Below, piece by piece: positions 24,683-37,330 of a stretch of DNA of 64,000 nucleotides. The number at the start of each line of letters is the position of its first letter. Position 1 is the stretch's first letter. This DNA is from Marsupella aquatica (taxonomy: Eukaryota; Plantae; Marchantiophyta). Where the stretch lies: positions 10,520,283 through 10,584,282 of the forward strand of contig OZ316892.1 of NCBI GenBank assembly GCA_973895155.1. Reading direction: 5' to 3'. The position numbers and the translations under genes were made by a program. The notes below the pieces were generated by a model. That model had not been told where the DNA came from, searched no databases, and saw only the letters and a program-made list of their open reading frames with translations.

Positions 24683-27600
24683 CTAAGCGGTCACGGGTTG
24701 AAAGAGAATTTTCTTCAACCTTTCGGCCATTGCCGAGCGGTCAGTGAAGCCGTCTGTTTTCTGGTAGAACAGCTGCATTATTCTCGCCATGTTGAAATGG
24801 AGCTGCCTAATAGATTTGGGGATGTGGGATTGTTGATGAACGACTCGCACCAGCTCGAGCATGGACCCTTCCACCTTGGCTCTGATGTCTGAGATCGCTT
24901 CGTCCTCCGTCCAGCTGGGATTCTCTCGCAACAAGATTGAGACGGAATTTGGTTTGCCTTGGGACCTTTCTTTCTGCAAAAAGAGAGACATCCGAGATTC
25001 ATTTGATTACCCAAATTTTATTTGGAAAAAGCTTGGATTCATCAGAGGAATGTCTTTTGCAAACCTACTTTAAAAGGTCGTAAAACATATAGACCAGAAT
25101 GATGGGCGGGCGGACAACGCACTTTCCAGCCCTGGATGTCGTTGAGAAGTCGCCCAACATGATTAGTGAGTTCCATGAGTCGTAGCTTCTGCGAATCGTC
25201 GGCGAATGCATCGCTAATTGGTTCTCCCAAGAAGAAAACAGTGCTGAGGACGATGGGCTCAAGCGCAATAGAAGGTAGTGCATTGGTCATGTACTCGTCG
25301 TAGGACGGCATGAACGATGATGCTGTCCACTCTGCCTCCGTCAAACACGACTCTAGCCATCTCAACCACTGCAAATCAATTCAGCCAGAATTAACCAGTT
25401 TCCTGAATGTCAGAATCATAACATGAGGACCACAACTCACGAACTTCCTTCATGTACACATGATTATCAGAGTATAATTGTTGACGTAAGTGGCGATGAT
25501 GAAGGCGAGCTCCAAAGAGTTTGCACAGAAGTGCTTCAAAACTTACAATCTTTTGCAGGTATCGGCCAATGTCGCGGCCCTGCGTGAGTGTGCCTTCCTG
25601 GGTGATTGCATTGAGGGTATTGTACAATCCGTTGAAAATAATTTGAGCTTCCTCAGCCGTCCCGTCCATGAGAGAAGGATTCCATCTGCAAAGATTATGT
25701 CAGCTCAGTTCTTCGATCGCAATCATTAAAGTTCTTGGCAGTCTTCAGTTTGAGAGACCGACCATTCGATGACCATTCGTTAGACATTCAGTTGGGTAGA
25801 GAAGGACGGTGCTTACTCTTTAAAAGCAGCGACGAATTTGCGCTTGTCGGCTAGGTTACCTCCGACATCAAAGTAATCATCCACCACGGTGGTAAGAACA
25901 CAATTCCGTGCCCACACCAAGCGCGCCGGAGAAAGGTCCGGCCCCGGGAGCACGCAAGCAGCCGAGAAGACGCCTTCGATATCTTTCTGGCGCGCGAACG
26001 ACAGCTTTCCAAACCGGCAATCCTCGCTCCACCTGTCATTGCAAAAGTTATTAATGGGCATGACGACGTACGTGATACAGCCCAATTCATTGTACATACA
26101 TAAATTTATAGTATAGCAAAAGTACAAACCAAGCTTTACTACCTTGGCTAGAAGTTTCGTGTTCAAAGCCAAAGGTAAACTTCACAGCCGGCGGAGCTCC
26201 AGGCCTCGACGAACTTGGCGAGTCCAATCATATGTGCATCATTTTTGGCTGTCCACCTATTTTAAACGAAGAGAATTCTATGCCCCTCCAAACTCTGGAC
26301 AAGGCTACTTCGATACAATTGTCAATCAAAATGAAGATACCTCGTGACGTTTTGCAAGTCCTCCTGATGCTTGGCCTGGCAGAGATTGAAGTCGGCTTTG
26401 GCGAGAGCCAGGAAGGTCTCGTTGTTTACATATGGCATTCTGCGAATAAGAAATTCGAAGAGGATTACTTCAGCGAATGAAATAAACGATTTCAGAAATT
26501 TTACAATTGTTAACGTCAGCAGCTGACGAGGGATTCGTGATGATTTTTATTTATCTGTGATGGACTGAACATTGCCCATTTCGTTGTCCAGCGTGGTCAA
26601 AATTCGCTTGCTGAGTACTGTGGGCCCGGGCTTCTTTCAATGTACTCTTAAGTACATTGAAAGAGCAGCTAGTGTTGAATTGGGACAAACCAAGGTTGAC
26701 CAGTCTAGACATGATGTGCTTTCGCAAGAGTCATTTACCTGTACAGTGATTTTCCAATCCAGATGTCATTGGTCCCGTAGTGGCTTAAGTAAGCCTCAGT
26801 CTCAATCCGTGGCAGACTGCAATACCAAGGTGTCGACAAAGTGTACTCGACCTGCATTGGCAGAACCAAGAAAGAAATGTCGATGAGATAAATTTGAGCA
26901 GAAATGTCGGGTTTCAAATTGAAGAACCCAGGAATGGACACGTTGCTTGGATTGTACGTCAATGATCTTTGCATAACCAACCTCTCCAGGAAGGTCTTTG
27001 GTGATGATCCACTTGTCATTGAGGCACTTGTCCTTTTCATAGCTCTCTACGAGAAAGCCCCGGGCAAAGTGCTCCCCAGATTCTAGGACGGTCTCACCAG
27101 GGAATCGTGTCTGTGTCGCTCGGTAAAAGTTGAACAGACCCGTCACAGCTTGGCCCGACTGACCAGCGAAACAGAAGAACTCTGAATCTTTTCCTGTAAA
27201 CTGCCGAAAGACGTCTGCAGGCACGATGATCTAACAATTATTTTCAACCAATTTAAAGAAAGAAAATTAGGCCCTGGAGTCTAACTATGGCTGATTTCTG
27301 CATCATTCTTGAATGAGAGCGATATGAAGGTTTGGTTGTCAAAAACATTTCAGTGCACCCTTCCAGAAAGACTCACCCTCATTGACATCGTAACCATGTT
27401 GGCGAAGCAACCGAAAACCCATGGCTGTATCATCTAAATCCTGCACAGCCGAGCCTCTTGCCCACCCGATCCCGAAGCTCGTGAAGTATCTGCGAGGGAG
27501 CCGAGACCAGGTTTCCAAACTTTGAGATTCCTTGCTGAATAAAATTTCCGGACGAAGAAAGCGTAAGCTTTAGATTTTCGTCCTCTGTCAATGAACAGGT

Positions 27601-30600
27601 TTGAAATCTAAATACAAAAAAATACACAAAAATTACAGCAAGATTCTCAAATGACGTATTCTAGGGCTTCTCAGGAGATATCCCTCTACAGTCTTATGGG
27701 ATCTTGAACAGATCATTTGTAATCTGAAGAAAGGTAAACGCAATAAAAGTTTCTCAAAATGGAGTTCTGATCTTGGGTGATGGTATAGATACTCGCTTGG
27801 AAACATAGTCGAGGGCGTCCTTAATTTCCTTCTCGAAATAGCGATCGATTCCAAGTCTCTGAACTCGGTCGACGGCCCACATGTGCTCAAAGAGATCTAC
27901 CGGATAGACGTTGGGCACAGCATTGTTGAAGCGATCGAGGAGTCTGTTGAGATAGCCCAGCGCCTTCTCGTCTTTGGTGTGAAGCAAGCATGCCGCAGTC
28001 GAAGCAGGGCTGCAGAGGAACGAGCCATCCTCACTTTGTAGCTTCAGAAGTTTCTCCCAGTCCAATTCCTCATGAAATCCTTCCAGAGAGTGGAGGAGAG
28101 TCGTTGGCACCTTGTGCAGAATATCCATGGGGATCCTGCATGCATGCGTAAGATTTCACGTGAGGCATTGACGAAATCTTTCCTCCAATTCTTCAGAGAT
28201 CCCCTCCTGTTTGGAGCCCTGTGAATTTAATGAAATGGCCGAGATGATTCGCAGACAAAAGCCAATTGAGATAAAATTGAACCCAGTCAAATTTTCATCA
28301 TGAATATCGAGCAGATATACAAAAAATCTAGAGTCTCGGATATCTACGGTTCACGTACTTTGCAAGCTTCTTCTCTCTTTCGGCGGAAATTTTCGATATT
28401 ATCGGGGCGTCGAAAGGAAGGTCCAGCTCAAGACTCTTCGCGTACGATATCAAGACTGGGAATACGATTTCGAAGCCGATCATCATGTGGGCATCGACCT
28501 CCTTCTCCATCGCTTGAAGATTTTTCTGGATAAATTTGACCCCTGCAGGAACAAAGCATGAAGAATATATATGTGAAATTTGGCATATTGGTATCACAGT
28601 CAGTGACTATGCACGTAGGTAGAGAGGGTCACAGAATCCAATTCAATACCACGCATGTTAAATGCGAAACCTCGGATCATCGTGTCGCTGTACACCAGTC
28701 GATCTCAGCGCAAGACTGTACGTCAACGAGTATATAGCCAAGCATTGAAATTCCAGAGAAAAAGGAGTCTGTACCCGAGTCTGTAGTGGTCTGAAGTACC
28801 TTTTTCTACAGCGACTGATCCGGTCTTCCAGGTCTTCAAAGCGATGATGCAAGCCAAGGTGTTACAGACGCGGTCATAGTATGAAAAGTGCGCTCTGTCG
28901 CCCCAAGACCCATCTGCAAATTGGTTTTCAATGATCCACTCTAAGGATTTGGGGAACTGCGGTCCGTCAGAGCCATCGAGAGCAGGCACGAGGGCAACCC
29001 ACGCAGTGTCGTACGGTGAATTGGTGATTTCGCCATCCGTCATGGATCGGAACATCGTACGTATCTCCTCAATCCATTGCTTCATCTCGTCTCCTTCCTT
29101 CCCCTAAAAGTTGAGGCATCATCCACAACATTTTCTCATCAGAGAGTAATTCAGAAAGGGCGGTGATGTCTATATTCTCTGTCGACCAAAAATCTAAAAC
29201 CTCCTGTTGCATAGTACTGAGACAAAAAAATCCTGAGAAATTGCGGAAGCCTTGAATTGCACTTTCGGTAAGAGCTCAACTATGAACAAGCAACCGTTAA
29301 TCTGCCGAGAGAGATCAATGAGATGCACCTTGTATATTTCTGGCTCCGTTTTAATGTTTCGTTCATTGGGAACTAGAAAACCTGGCACGTTCTGTTCGAA
29401 GCTTGTGACAGGCGCTGAATCATCAATTCATGATTTCCCACAGAAGCACAACGTAAGTTCATAGATACGACTGCATTGACCGAGCTTAATTACATTACAG
29501 CTTTCAAGATGTACAAGTCTGAAATCTGGGTAGTCCCCGTCACTTATCTCAATTTATGTATACCAGTTGAATGATAATTATACAGGAATCTGAACAAGGA
29601 GCAACTTCTCAAGTTTTTTTGTAGGAATCATGGGATCGAGAGTCATTTCAAGTTTCATGGGAGCGTATGCTTCAAATTTGAGCAATCTTTGATTCCGAGG
29701 GGTTGGGATCTTGGTTAGCCACCGGCTCCTCGGGGTTCCCGTCTTCCCCTACGAAAGAGCTATGCGTGGGAGGCGTGGCCACTGGAGCTGGGATATGGTC
29801 GTGTATCGTGGCTGTGGGTGCCTGTGCTGGTCGTCTTTTCATCATCGTTGCACCGTTCATATTGTTCAGCTTTAGCAGCACAGTGAACAAACCTTCCCAC
29901 AGTCTTCGCGATTGTAAATGAATAGGAGCGACCAGTTAGCAAGTCGAGTAGCAAGCACGATGATGCCGCACCCACTGTAGGGACATACTTACCCGTGATG
30001 GACTGAGTGGGGACTGCTTGAAGAGGCGGCACAGATGATGTCGGCGAAGATGCATGGGGAGCCCTACAAGCTTCACCTGAAAAATGTCACATTAATGCAA
30101 AAAGACAACGTCACTAATACGAAAGGTTGACATTCATTTGTGATTACGTACAATGTAAAAACGACAACGTCAATTGTGCTCGAGCCCTTGTTCGGAAAAC
30201 ATGCCCCTGCATCTAGCCGATCAATAGATTCCTCATGCGATGCAGCTTCAACCAGGTTAACGCTTTAATTTGTCAGATTCTTTAGTTGAAAAATGACTTC
30301 CGAAAGTCCGTCAAGTGACAAAATTAGAAACCTGCGCAAAGCTGGCTCTTTCTCAGCGGAATGAGCGAGAGAGTGTCTATCAGGGAGAGATTGTCTTAAG
30401 GATGCTGGAGTCGAGTTTTGCTAATTTGCACGGAACACAGGTAAATGATGATGCAAGATCATGGAGCTAAATCAACATAACAGATTTCAATTTCCAAGCT
30501 AGGAGAGAAAATAATGGATTCGAGGTGACCCGACCCAGCTTAGTAGTGAGCTAGCTAGGAGAGACGAACGTACTTCACGGAACATCATTCCTGGTATCAT

Positions 30601-31300
30601 GGTCAATTTTCATGTAATGAGAAACCATCCTATTCGCCAGCTGCTCCAGAAAATATCCAGAGATTTGCTAATCACGTCGATCTGCTGGAGCTCTGCGAGC
30701 TTTTTACAGTCGATCACACAATGGACTTAGACGTCGAGGTGATTCGACCCAGTCGTCAGCGAGGAAAGGAAACAATGGATTCGGTGGTTCGATCCACTAT
30801 AAACTACCATGGTGAGATAGCAGATCGAGAAGTACTGCAAGGAACATCATTCATCCAGTTGGTCAATATGCATGCTCAGCAAGAAGAGACCCTCCAATCG
30901 GCGCCCATCTGTATCTGCAGAACGATGGCATGGAGAGAAGTGCTCCAAGGAACATCATTCATTCGGCCTGGTCAATCGATTTGCATCTGAAACCATCTCA
31001 GAAGGCAGCAGCTGCAAAATATCAGAATGATGGCAAGGAGGGGGTACAGATGGAAAAGTTTATTTAGTTACCTGCAGCACGCAACACCACTCCTTGAGAC
31101 GAGCTGGGAAAGGCACGTCGGGAGACAGAAAGGACACTTGACTCGAAGGGCCGCAATTGGGGCCTTCGTAACAAGCAGCTCCGTGCTGCCGTCCCCATCT
31201 GAAGATTCTTCCTCCCTTGCTCAATGTTGTCAATCCCAACAGTTCCGGTCGAAGCTAGCGAAACCAGCGTCCTACTGCATGACGCCGCTGCTCCAACCAT
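24683..31300 (-). CDS. CPS/KS: Bifunctional diterpene synthase, ent-copalyl diphosphate/ent-kaurene synthase (CPS/KS) type; 14 exons, 880 aa using the proximal first exon
   Basis: Exons (minus): 31300-31072, 30076-29993, 29381-29329, 29103-28800, 28542-28359, 28135-27797, 27489-27377, 27214-26982, 26851-26739, 26439-26341, 26032-25817, 25685-25547, 25368-25123, 24973-24683. All phases are consistent (2643 nt). Motifs: [37 protein letters not shown], class II DLDD, class I DDYFD, LEPIV and [12 protein letters not shown]. Exons 1-3 are inferred from splice sites and phase. Confidence 0.92.
30553..31030. repeat. Triplicated ~110-bp element in CPS/KS intron 1, each copy with a W-box
   Basis: GGAACATCATTC...TGGTCAAT occurs three times. 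GGTCAA (TTGACC on the gene strand) lies at 30601, 30861 and 30970. Confidence 0.7.
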
Positions 31301-31566
31301 CCTTGAACATAAATATGAGTCAACGACGTCGTACGTTGGACCTGGAGAAGAAGAAAGAACGAAGATTGAGAGCTCCGATAGTCCGTCCAAGAGATCCAGA
31401 ACCTCGAGGTGAGTAAATATCATGTCCGGAACGAATAGAAATCAGTCTAGAACTGCTAATGAGTTTTAAGAGGTGGAAATGCTTAGTTAGTTACCTGCAG
31501 CAGCAGAAATCATTCTAGAACTGCTAATGAGTTTTAATTAAAAGGTAGACACGCTTAGTTAATTAC

Positions 31567-31813
31567 CTGCAGCAGCAGCAGGCACCAACACTCCCTGAGA
31601 CGAGTTGGAGAAGGTACGCCGGGAGACGGAAAGAACATTTGACTGCAAGGGCCGCAATCGAGGATTATAATACGGCATTTGTAACACGCAGCTCTGTGCT
31701 GTCGTTGCCATCAGAACATTCATCCTCCCTCGCTCCACGTTGTCAATTGCATCGGGTACGGTCGAAGCTCGCGAAACCAGCGCCCTGCTGCATGCCAATA
31801 ATGCTTCCGCCAT
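31567..31813 (-). CDS. Alternative (distal) first exon of CPS/KS encoding a second plastid transit peptide (886-aa isoform)
   Basis: Paralogous to exon 31300-31072 (MAEALLACSRALVSRAST...SNVLSVSRRTFSNSSQGVLVPAAAA vs [18 protein letters not shown]...[23 protein letters not shown]). It is 247 nt and ends CAG|GTAATT in phase 1, matching exon 2. Confidence 0.7.
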
Positions 31814-33599
31814 CCTTAAACAATAATACTGGCTCAGCGACGAAAACAGTACATTCAGACGACGAAGAAGGAGGGTTCAGCTCCTGCTGTTGCAAGTGAT
31901 CGACGACGATGTTCCGTGCAAGGGATCGAGAACCTCGAAGTGAAAACCTCGAAGTGAAGTGTACAGTTTATTGTTTGTCACTAAATGCTCTCAAGGTAGG
32001 AAGCATCTGGTGTGCACTGAAGGACGGTTTTCACTGTGTGATACTGTGATAAGTGCAAACTTGTACAACTCTAGAATTGTCCTGTGAGTGCGCTTATCGA
32101 TACTAGTGCACTAATATACTGGGGTGCGCACTATACAAAAAAGTGCAAAACTGTAGAATTGTGGACATCGACAAGAGTGCACCAAGCTCCATCAGTGAGC
32201 ATCCCTGCCAATCAGGAACTAAATTGTACATCCCTAAATTTGTACATCCCTAAATTGTACATACCTAAATTTGGTGTACTATCTGATAATTGTATCTTAG
32301 TTTTAATTTACTCAAAGAGAGTCCACACTTATCAAGTTTTCACATTAAAGGTGTCCTTACAGCAAATTAAACCTTTCAGGCCTGTTTGCACTTAAAAAAA
32401 GGAGCAAACTTTGTGTAAGATGGGGAAGAGAAGGATGCCTTGCAGTTAGCCAAAGTTTGCACTCTCCTATAGCAAGAGTAGGCTCGATCCATCGATCGAT
32501 TCATCAACAACTAGACGAAAGAATGATCCATTGATCGATTCATCGATGGACCCACTGGCAAACCTCTTGGCTGCACCCAAACATTTCTTTTTTCCTTACT
32601 ATGCCTTGAATCGAATGAAGTATAACTGCAAGACCACAATACTCTAGAAAAGGCCCTCTCCTTAGAGAATAACAGTGGTACAGAAAATTTTAAAACATAT
32701 TTTTCTTAGGTCTTTGGCTGTATTAGCCTTCACAACGTCCCACATGATGGGGCTGACTACATACAGTGACTGAGACCCCCAACCATAAATTGAACTCCCT
32801 CCCCTTATTGGGTACTGCATAGTGTGGATAAGTGCAAGCTCCTGGCATCTTCCCTGGAGTCTGCAGATAGACACACTTACTAGACTGTACTTCTATCTAA
32901 GTAACCTAAGCCAAGACGATCTCGAAGTTTACTCAAAGTATTTTGGTAGAGTTTTTAACAAGGTTGTGACCAAATCTAAGTGATCACAATTGGATGAACC
33001 ATACTAACCATGTACATTATAGTTTCTTATACAGTCTAAAGCCATCTACAACTATACTAAAGGATCCCGCATTTTTTTAGTCCTTTTTCCAAATACCAAA
33101 AACTCATCGGTATGAAAGATTCACACCCGTTGGATTCATTTGGCTGTTTACCCTGACCATTGATGGATAAATGGACACCCCTAGCACATATGTGCTTCCC
33201 CACATTGCCCTATAAAATGCCCCGGCCCGACTCCTATGGACCGGCCCTCCTTGCGCTGTGCAACGCACGGGCATAGCATTTTATATAATATTATTTGCCG
33301 GATATTGACGCAAGATAAAGATGTCAACACAAAACCAAAGAAATGTAGGCAAGGTAAATAAATTTAGGGTAGGATCAGGAATTAAGCACGGTAAAGAAAA
33401 TGCCTGGTCCAGGTATGGTCTCTCAAGAGGGACCGAGAATGGTTTTGATTTTCCCCTTTTTCCTCTCCCTGCGCACTGCCTTTCTCTGATGTTGATCTCG
33501 CTCCCTCACAATCCACTGCCTCCCTCCCCACCCTTTTCTTCCCTCCAAGGTGATTTCAAAGCAGAAAAAATTGAAGAAAAACATTAAAATGAACCCAAT

Positions 33600-36500
33600 G
33601 AAAATGAAGATTCCACTATAAAAAATATCTCATACCAAAATAATGTATTTTTTGTGCAGGGGATATTACATGCCAAAAAGTATTCCATGTAAAGTACACA
33701 TTAAGTGAAGTTAATATCTTTGGTGGACATTGTGACCACCTTTACTTAAACTTGTTGTAAAAATAAATATATTCATTAAAATTGAATTATTACGGACCCC
33801 CATTAGGGGCCCTTTGCAAAATTCCTGGCTCCACAGTGCGCCACATCATCATGACACGCTACAAACAGGAAGAGACTTGTTTTTGGATAAAATTAACTTC
33901 TACATTCATGTTTGTGGCAAGTTTGTTGTAAAAACTGGGACGTCATGCTGTAAAAAAGAATGTAAAAAAGAATGTAAAAAAATTTGACATGCAAATCAAA
34001 AGACAAAAAGATTGAGTAAAATTGTTCTCAGTAACGATTTTATTTACATTTTGATTTTATTCAAAACATAAAATTTTCCTGGTAGGAATTTTTTATTTGA
34101 CATTGCTGAGTCAAATCACAATGAAAACTCACGTATAATATGGCGTTAGAAAGATCTTGAAGAGACGGTCCTGATGAGCTCAGCATTGTCACCATTCGGT
34201 AAGAATTGAGTAAGTAATTGAAAAATAGATTTTTCCCGTGATTTCATAATCTCTAACATGAATAGAAATCTTTTGTTGTACAACCCCTGAAATGTTGACC
34301 CCTTCCATGAGAATGAACTTAAAATTTACAGATTTTATCCAGTACTAAGGAGATTATGAATCTTAGAATTTCTTTAGCTTTTTAATGAACTTAACTTTGA
34401 TAGATTTAGTTGTTTTGAGGAGATTATAAGTTTCCAATGTTCTCTAGCTTTCCAAAGAGTGTAACATTAGGAGATTTTATCAAGTACTAAAGTGGTCATG
34501 AGTTTCTAAATTTCTATAGCTTTTGACCAATTCCGAATAACACTGTGATTGGAGATTTGTTTCCATGAAACTTTTTGTCTTAAACGATTATGTGAAGTTA
34601 GTGATTTGATGACACCGATGACTTCTCTCTCTTCGTCTATCTGCATGTAGGAAAATTTTGAAAAGTGATTATTTTCTATGCAACTTGAGTACATCCAGCA
34701 TCCCTTCGGTACCATGGAGGAAACAGTCGAGCACCGTTTTGCTGAAGTGGACAATTAAGCTGCCCACACATTAAATAGTGGTTCACATTGCAGCTGGTTT
34801 TGCGATTGATGTTAATTATGATTACCTTAATAAGTTTGGCAACTGTTTCAAGTGTCAAACATTGACTTGTTCATTTTTGAAGTTTTTTTTCTTTAGATTT
34901 GGAGGTCCATCTAGGCTTCAGTTTCTGAATAAATGCCTCTAAAATAACATGGGGGTCCATGGATTAATTTATTATTCAGTTTACTAACATTTGTAATTTT
35001 ACATTTGGCTTTAAGATGTACATTTGGGCAAGCAACAAAAGTCATGGCCATGATTAGATGTACCACTCTGTTCATCTGTTGTAAATGAACTAGCTAGGAC
35101 TAGAATCCTTCTAGTGAAGATCATTTTGTCACCCTCAAGTTTACAATGCATCACTTACGCTTAGCATATTGCACTATAGTGTACATTTCAGTGCTAGAAA
35201 GTGTATATTCAGTAGAGACCAAAAAGTAAACATTTAGAGCCATGCCTAAAAGTGACCCAGAAAAAAAACACGTCTAATGGACAGAATGATAAAAAGCAAC
35301 ATAGTAGATCTCTTCCCCTATCTCTTGGGCAGATTTGATTCAATCTAGAGGTGTGAGAAACCTTGGAATACATACAATAATGTGGTGTTCCCTCATTTTT
35401 CAATTTTGTATCCAGTCTCCACACAAACTTTTGGGAGGGATAGCATATTTTGTGGGAACAATATCAACGTACCATTTGCAAACATACTTTCTAGGGCCAT
35501 TTTGGGTCCCTGTCTGTTCAAATCAACTAAAGTTACACCTAAAACCTAATTTCCACTTTAGTAGAATTGGAAGCTCAAGTTTAAAATGGGATGGGCACTA
35601 CAACCTTTCCTCCTAGCAATTTTCTTTTTTGTGGATAGTAGCGGGCCATGGCCCAGCATTTCAAATAAACTGGAATTGTTTTCTAAACATCTTTTCTACT
35701 ATGTATAGTGGAAGCTAGAGTAGACACACAAGTTCAACATAGGATGGACACAAGAACTTTGGTCTTAAGGAGCCACTACCGATTTCCCTCAAACACAATG
35801 CCCGTATTTTTTCAGGTCACCATAATAAAAAGTATTATTTCTTCAAACACAATGTCATTTTAACACAGCGTCTGGGCGTTGTATATGAATATTGGCATTA
35901 TGTTCAAGTTGGACACAGTGTTCAAAATTTGACCCTAAACTATTCTACAACAAGCACAAATAGTAAAAAATTCAAGAATCATATATGTCAATGTCAATAT
36001 TCAAACATAACATCAATATTCGAACACAGCGCCCGACAAATACAAAAAATGAAACACATAGTCAAAACTCGAATACAAAGCCCCGGGCGCACTATTCAAA
36101 TACAACGCCCCATGGCCCACTATTCGAATACAAGACCATGGCATTGTGTTCGGGGGAAGACGGTAGCCATGACAAAAACCTGGTTCCACAAATTAGTATT
36201 TTGTCCTGATATTTTGAAGCAAAGTCTCAAGGTAGAGGAGAAGAATGTGAAAAATAGAGAAATCTTGGACACTTCTATCTTCATATCCATTGGTGGTTTA
36301 AAGCCTTGCCATCTTTTTTGGTGGATTGCATGGGCCCGGACCCAACATTTAAATAAACCCTGCAATGTATAACAAACTGCTAAATCACAACAAACATAAA
36401 AACCATGAGGTAGCATCCCTGCGCACTGTACCAACCTGGTTGCCTCTACAGTATGTTACTTTGTTTGAGGGTGTATGATTGATTCCAAGTTCGTGTCTCA

Positions 36501-37330
36501 TCATCATGATAATTTTAGAAGCTGCTATGTTGAATGCACATTACAGATTTTGTCTTATTCAGATTTGTGTCATGTATTTTCATTTCAATCTGCCTTATCA
36601 AGGGGCAGCCTTTGAATTTTATACATTTTTAATTAATTTTTAGACCCCTTTAGTTTTAAGTATTCTAGAGTGTTTTGAACTTAATTTGGCAGCCCCCTTT
36701 CACAGTATGTGTTTTCTTAGAGATGAAACTAAAAGCTCCACCACCATGAGTGAGACAAATGATGCTGAAGAACATGAATGCATAGTCTCTTAAGTTCTCC
36801 TCATATTTTTCTTTCCTAGGTTTATGGTTTTTATTGAAAGGAGTGTCACTCATAAGGCACCCTGAGTTAAGTGCACACATCGTAGCATCATTTGACTGTA
36901 CCTTTTCTTGGTCAGTGTGCTTTTCTTGGCAGACACTTTACTTCTCGTATTTTATTCACTTTCAGGTCACTACAAGACAAAAACTAAAGCATATTCCAGG
37001 ATGAGTATGCTATATGATTGATTCCAAGTTCCATCTCATCATCATATAATAGAAGGTTGCGCCTTTTTATAGCATCGTAATCTCTCAACTTTAGCATTTC
37101 CAATGCCCCAAAAATGAAAGAATCTAGCCCAAGAGAATGAATAAAACAAAAATGGGATTGACTTGTGTGAATGAAAAGAAAATGTACGGTTCGTACAAAG
37201 GGTCGAATAGGACAAAGTCAAAGAGAAAGGAAATGGGCAGGGCCCCCAAAATGAAAGAATCTAGCCTAAGAGAAACAATAAAACAAAAAGAGAATTTAAT
37301 TTACTGTGAATGAAAAGAAAATTCTCTTCT
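33600..37330. other. AT-rich, repeat-derived intergenic block, probably decayed DNA-transposon sequence
   Basis: No credible ORF. Internal duplications at 36473/37012 and 37106/37243, and short repeated aatac.a.gccc motifs at ~35790-36135. The family is not identifiable. Confidence 0.35.

Noticed and set aside
26033-26340. CPS/KS intron starting GTATCTTC as a possible U12 GT-AG intron
   Set aside because: It deviates from the GTATCCTT consensus and has no CCTTAAC branch site near the acceptor, so it was treated as U2.
29672-29890. Pro/Ala/Thr-rich ORF within CPS/KS intron 2 as an extra exon
   Set aside because: It ends in a stop with no suitable phase-compatible donor, and the gene model is complete and of normal length without it.
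33255-33280. Additional Helitron 3' end (GTGCAACGCACGGGCAT)
   Set aside because: The hairpin is present but there is no CTRR terminus or subterminal array, so an element cannot be delimited.
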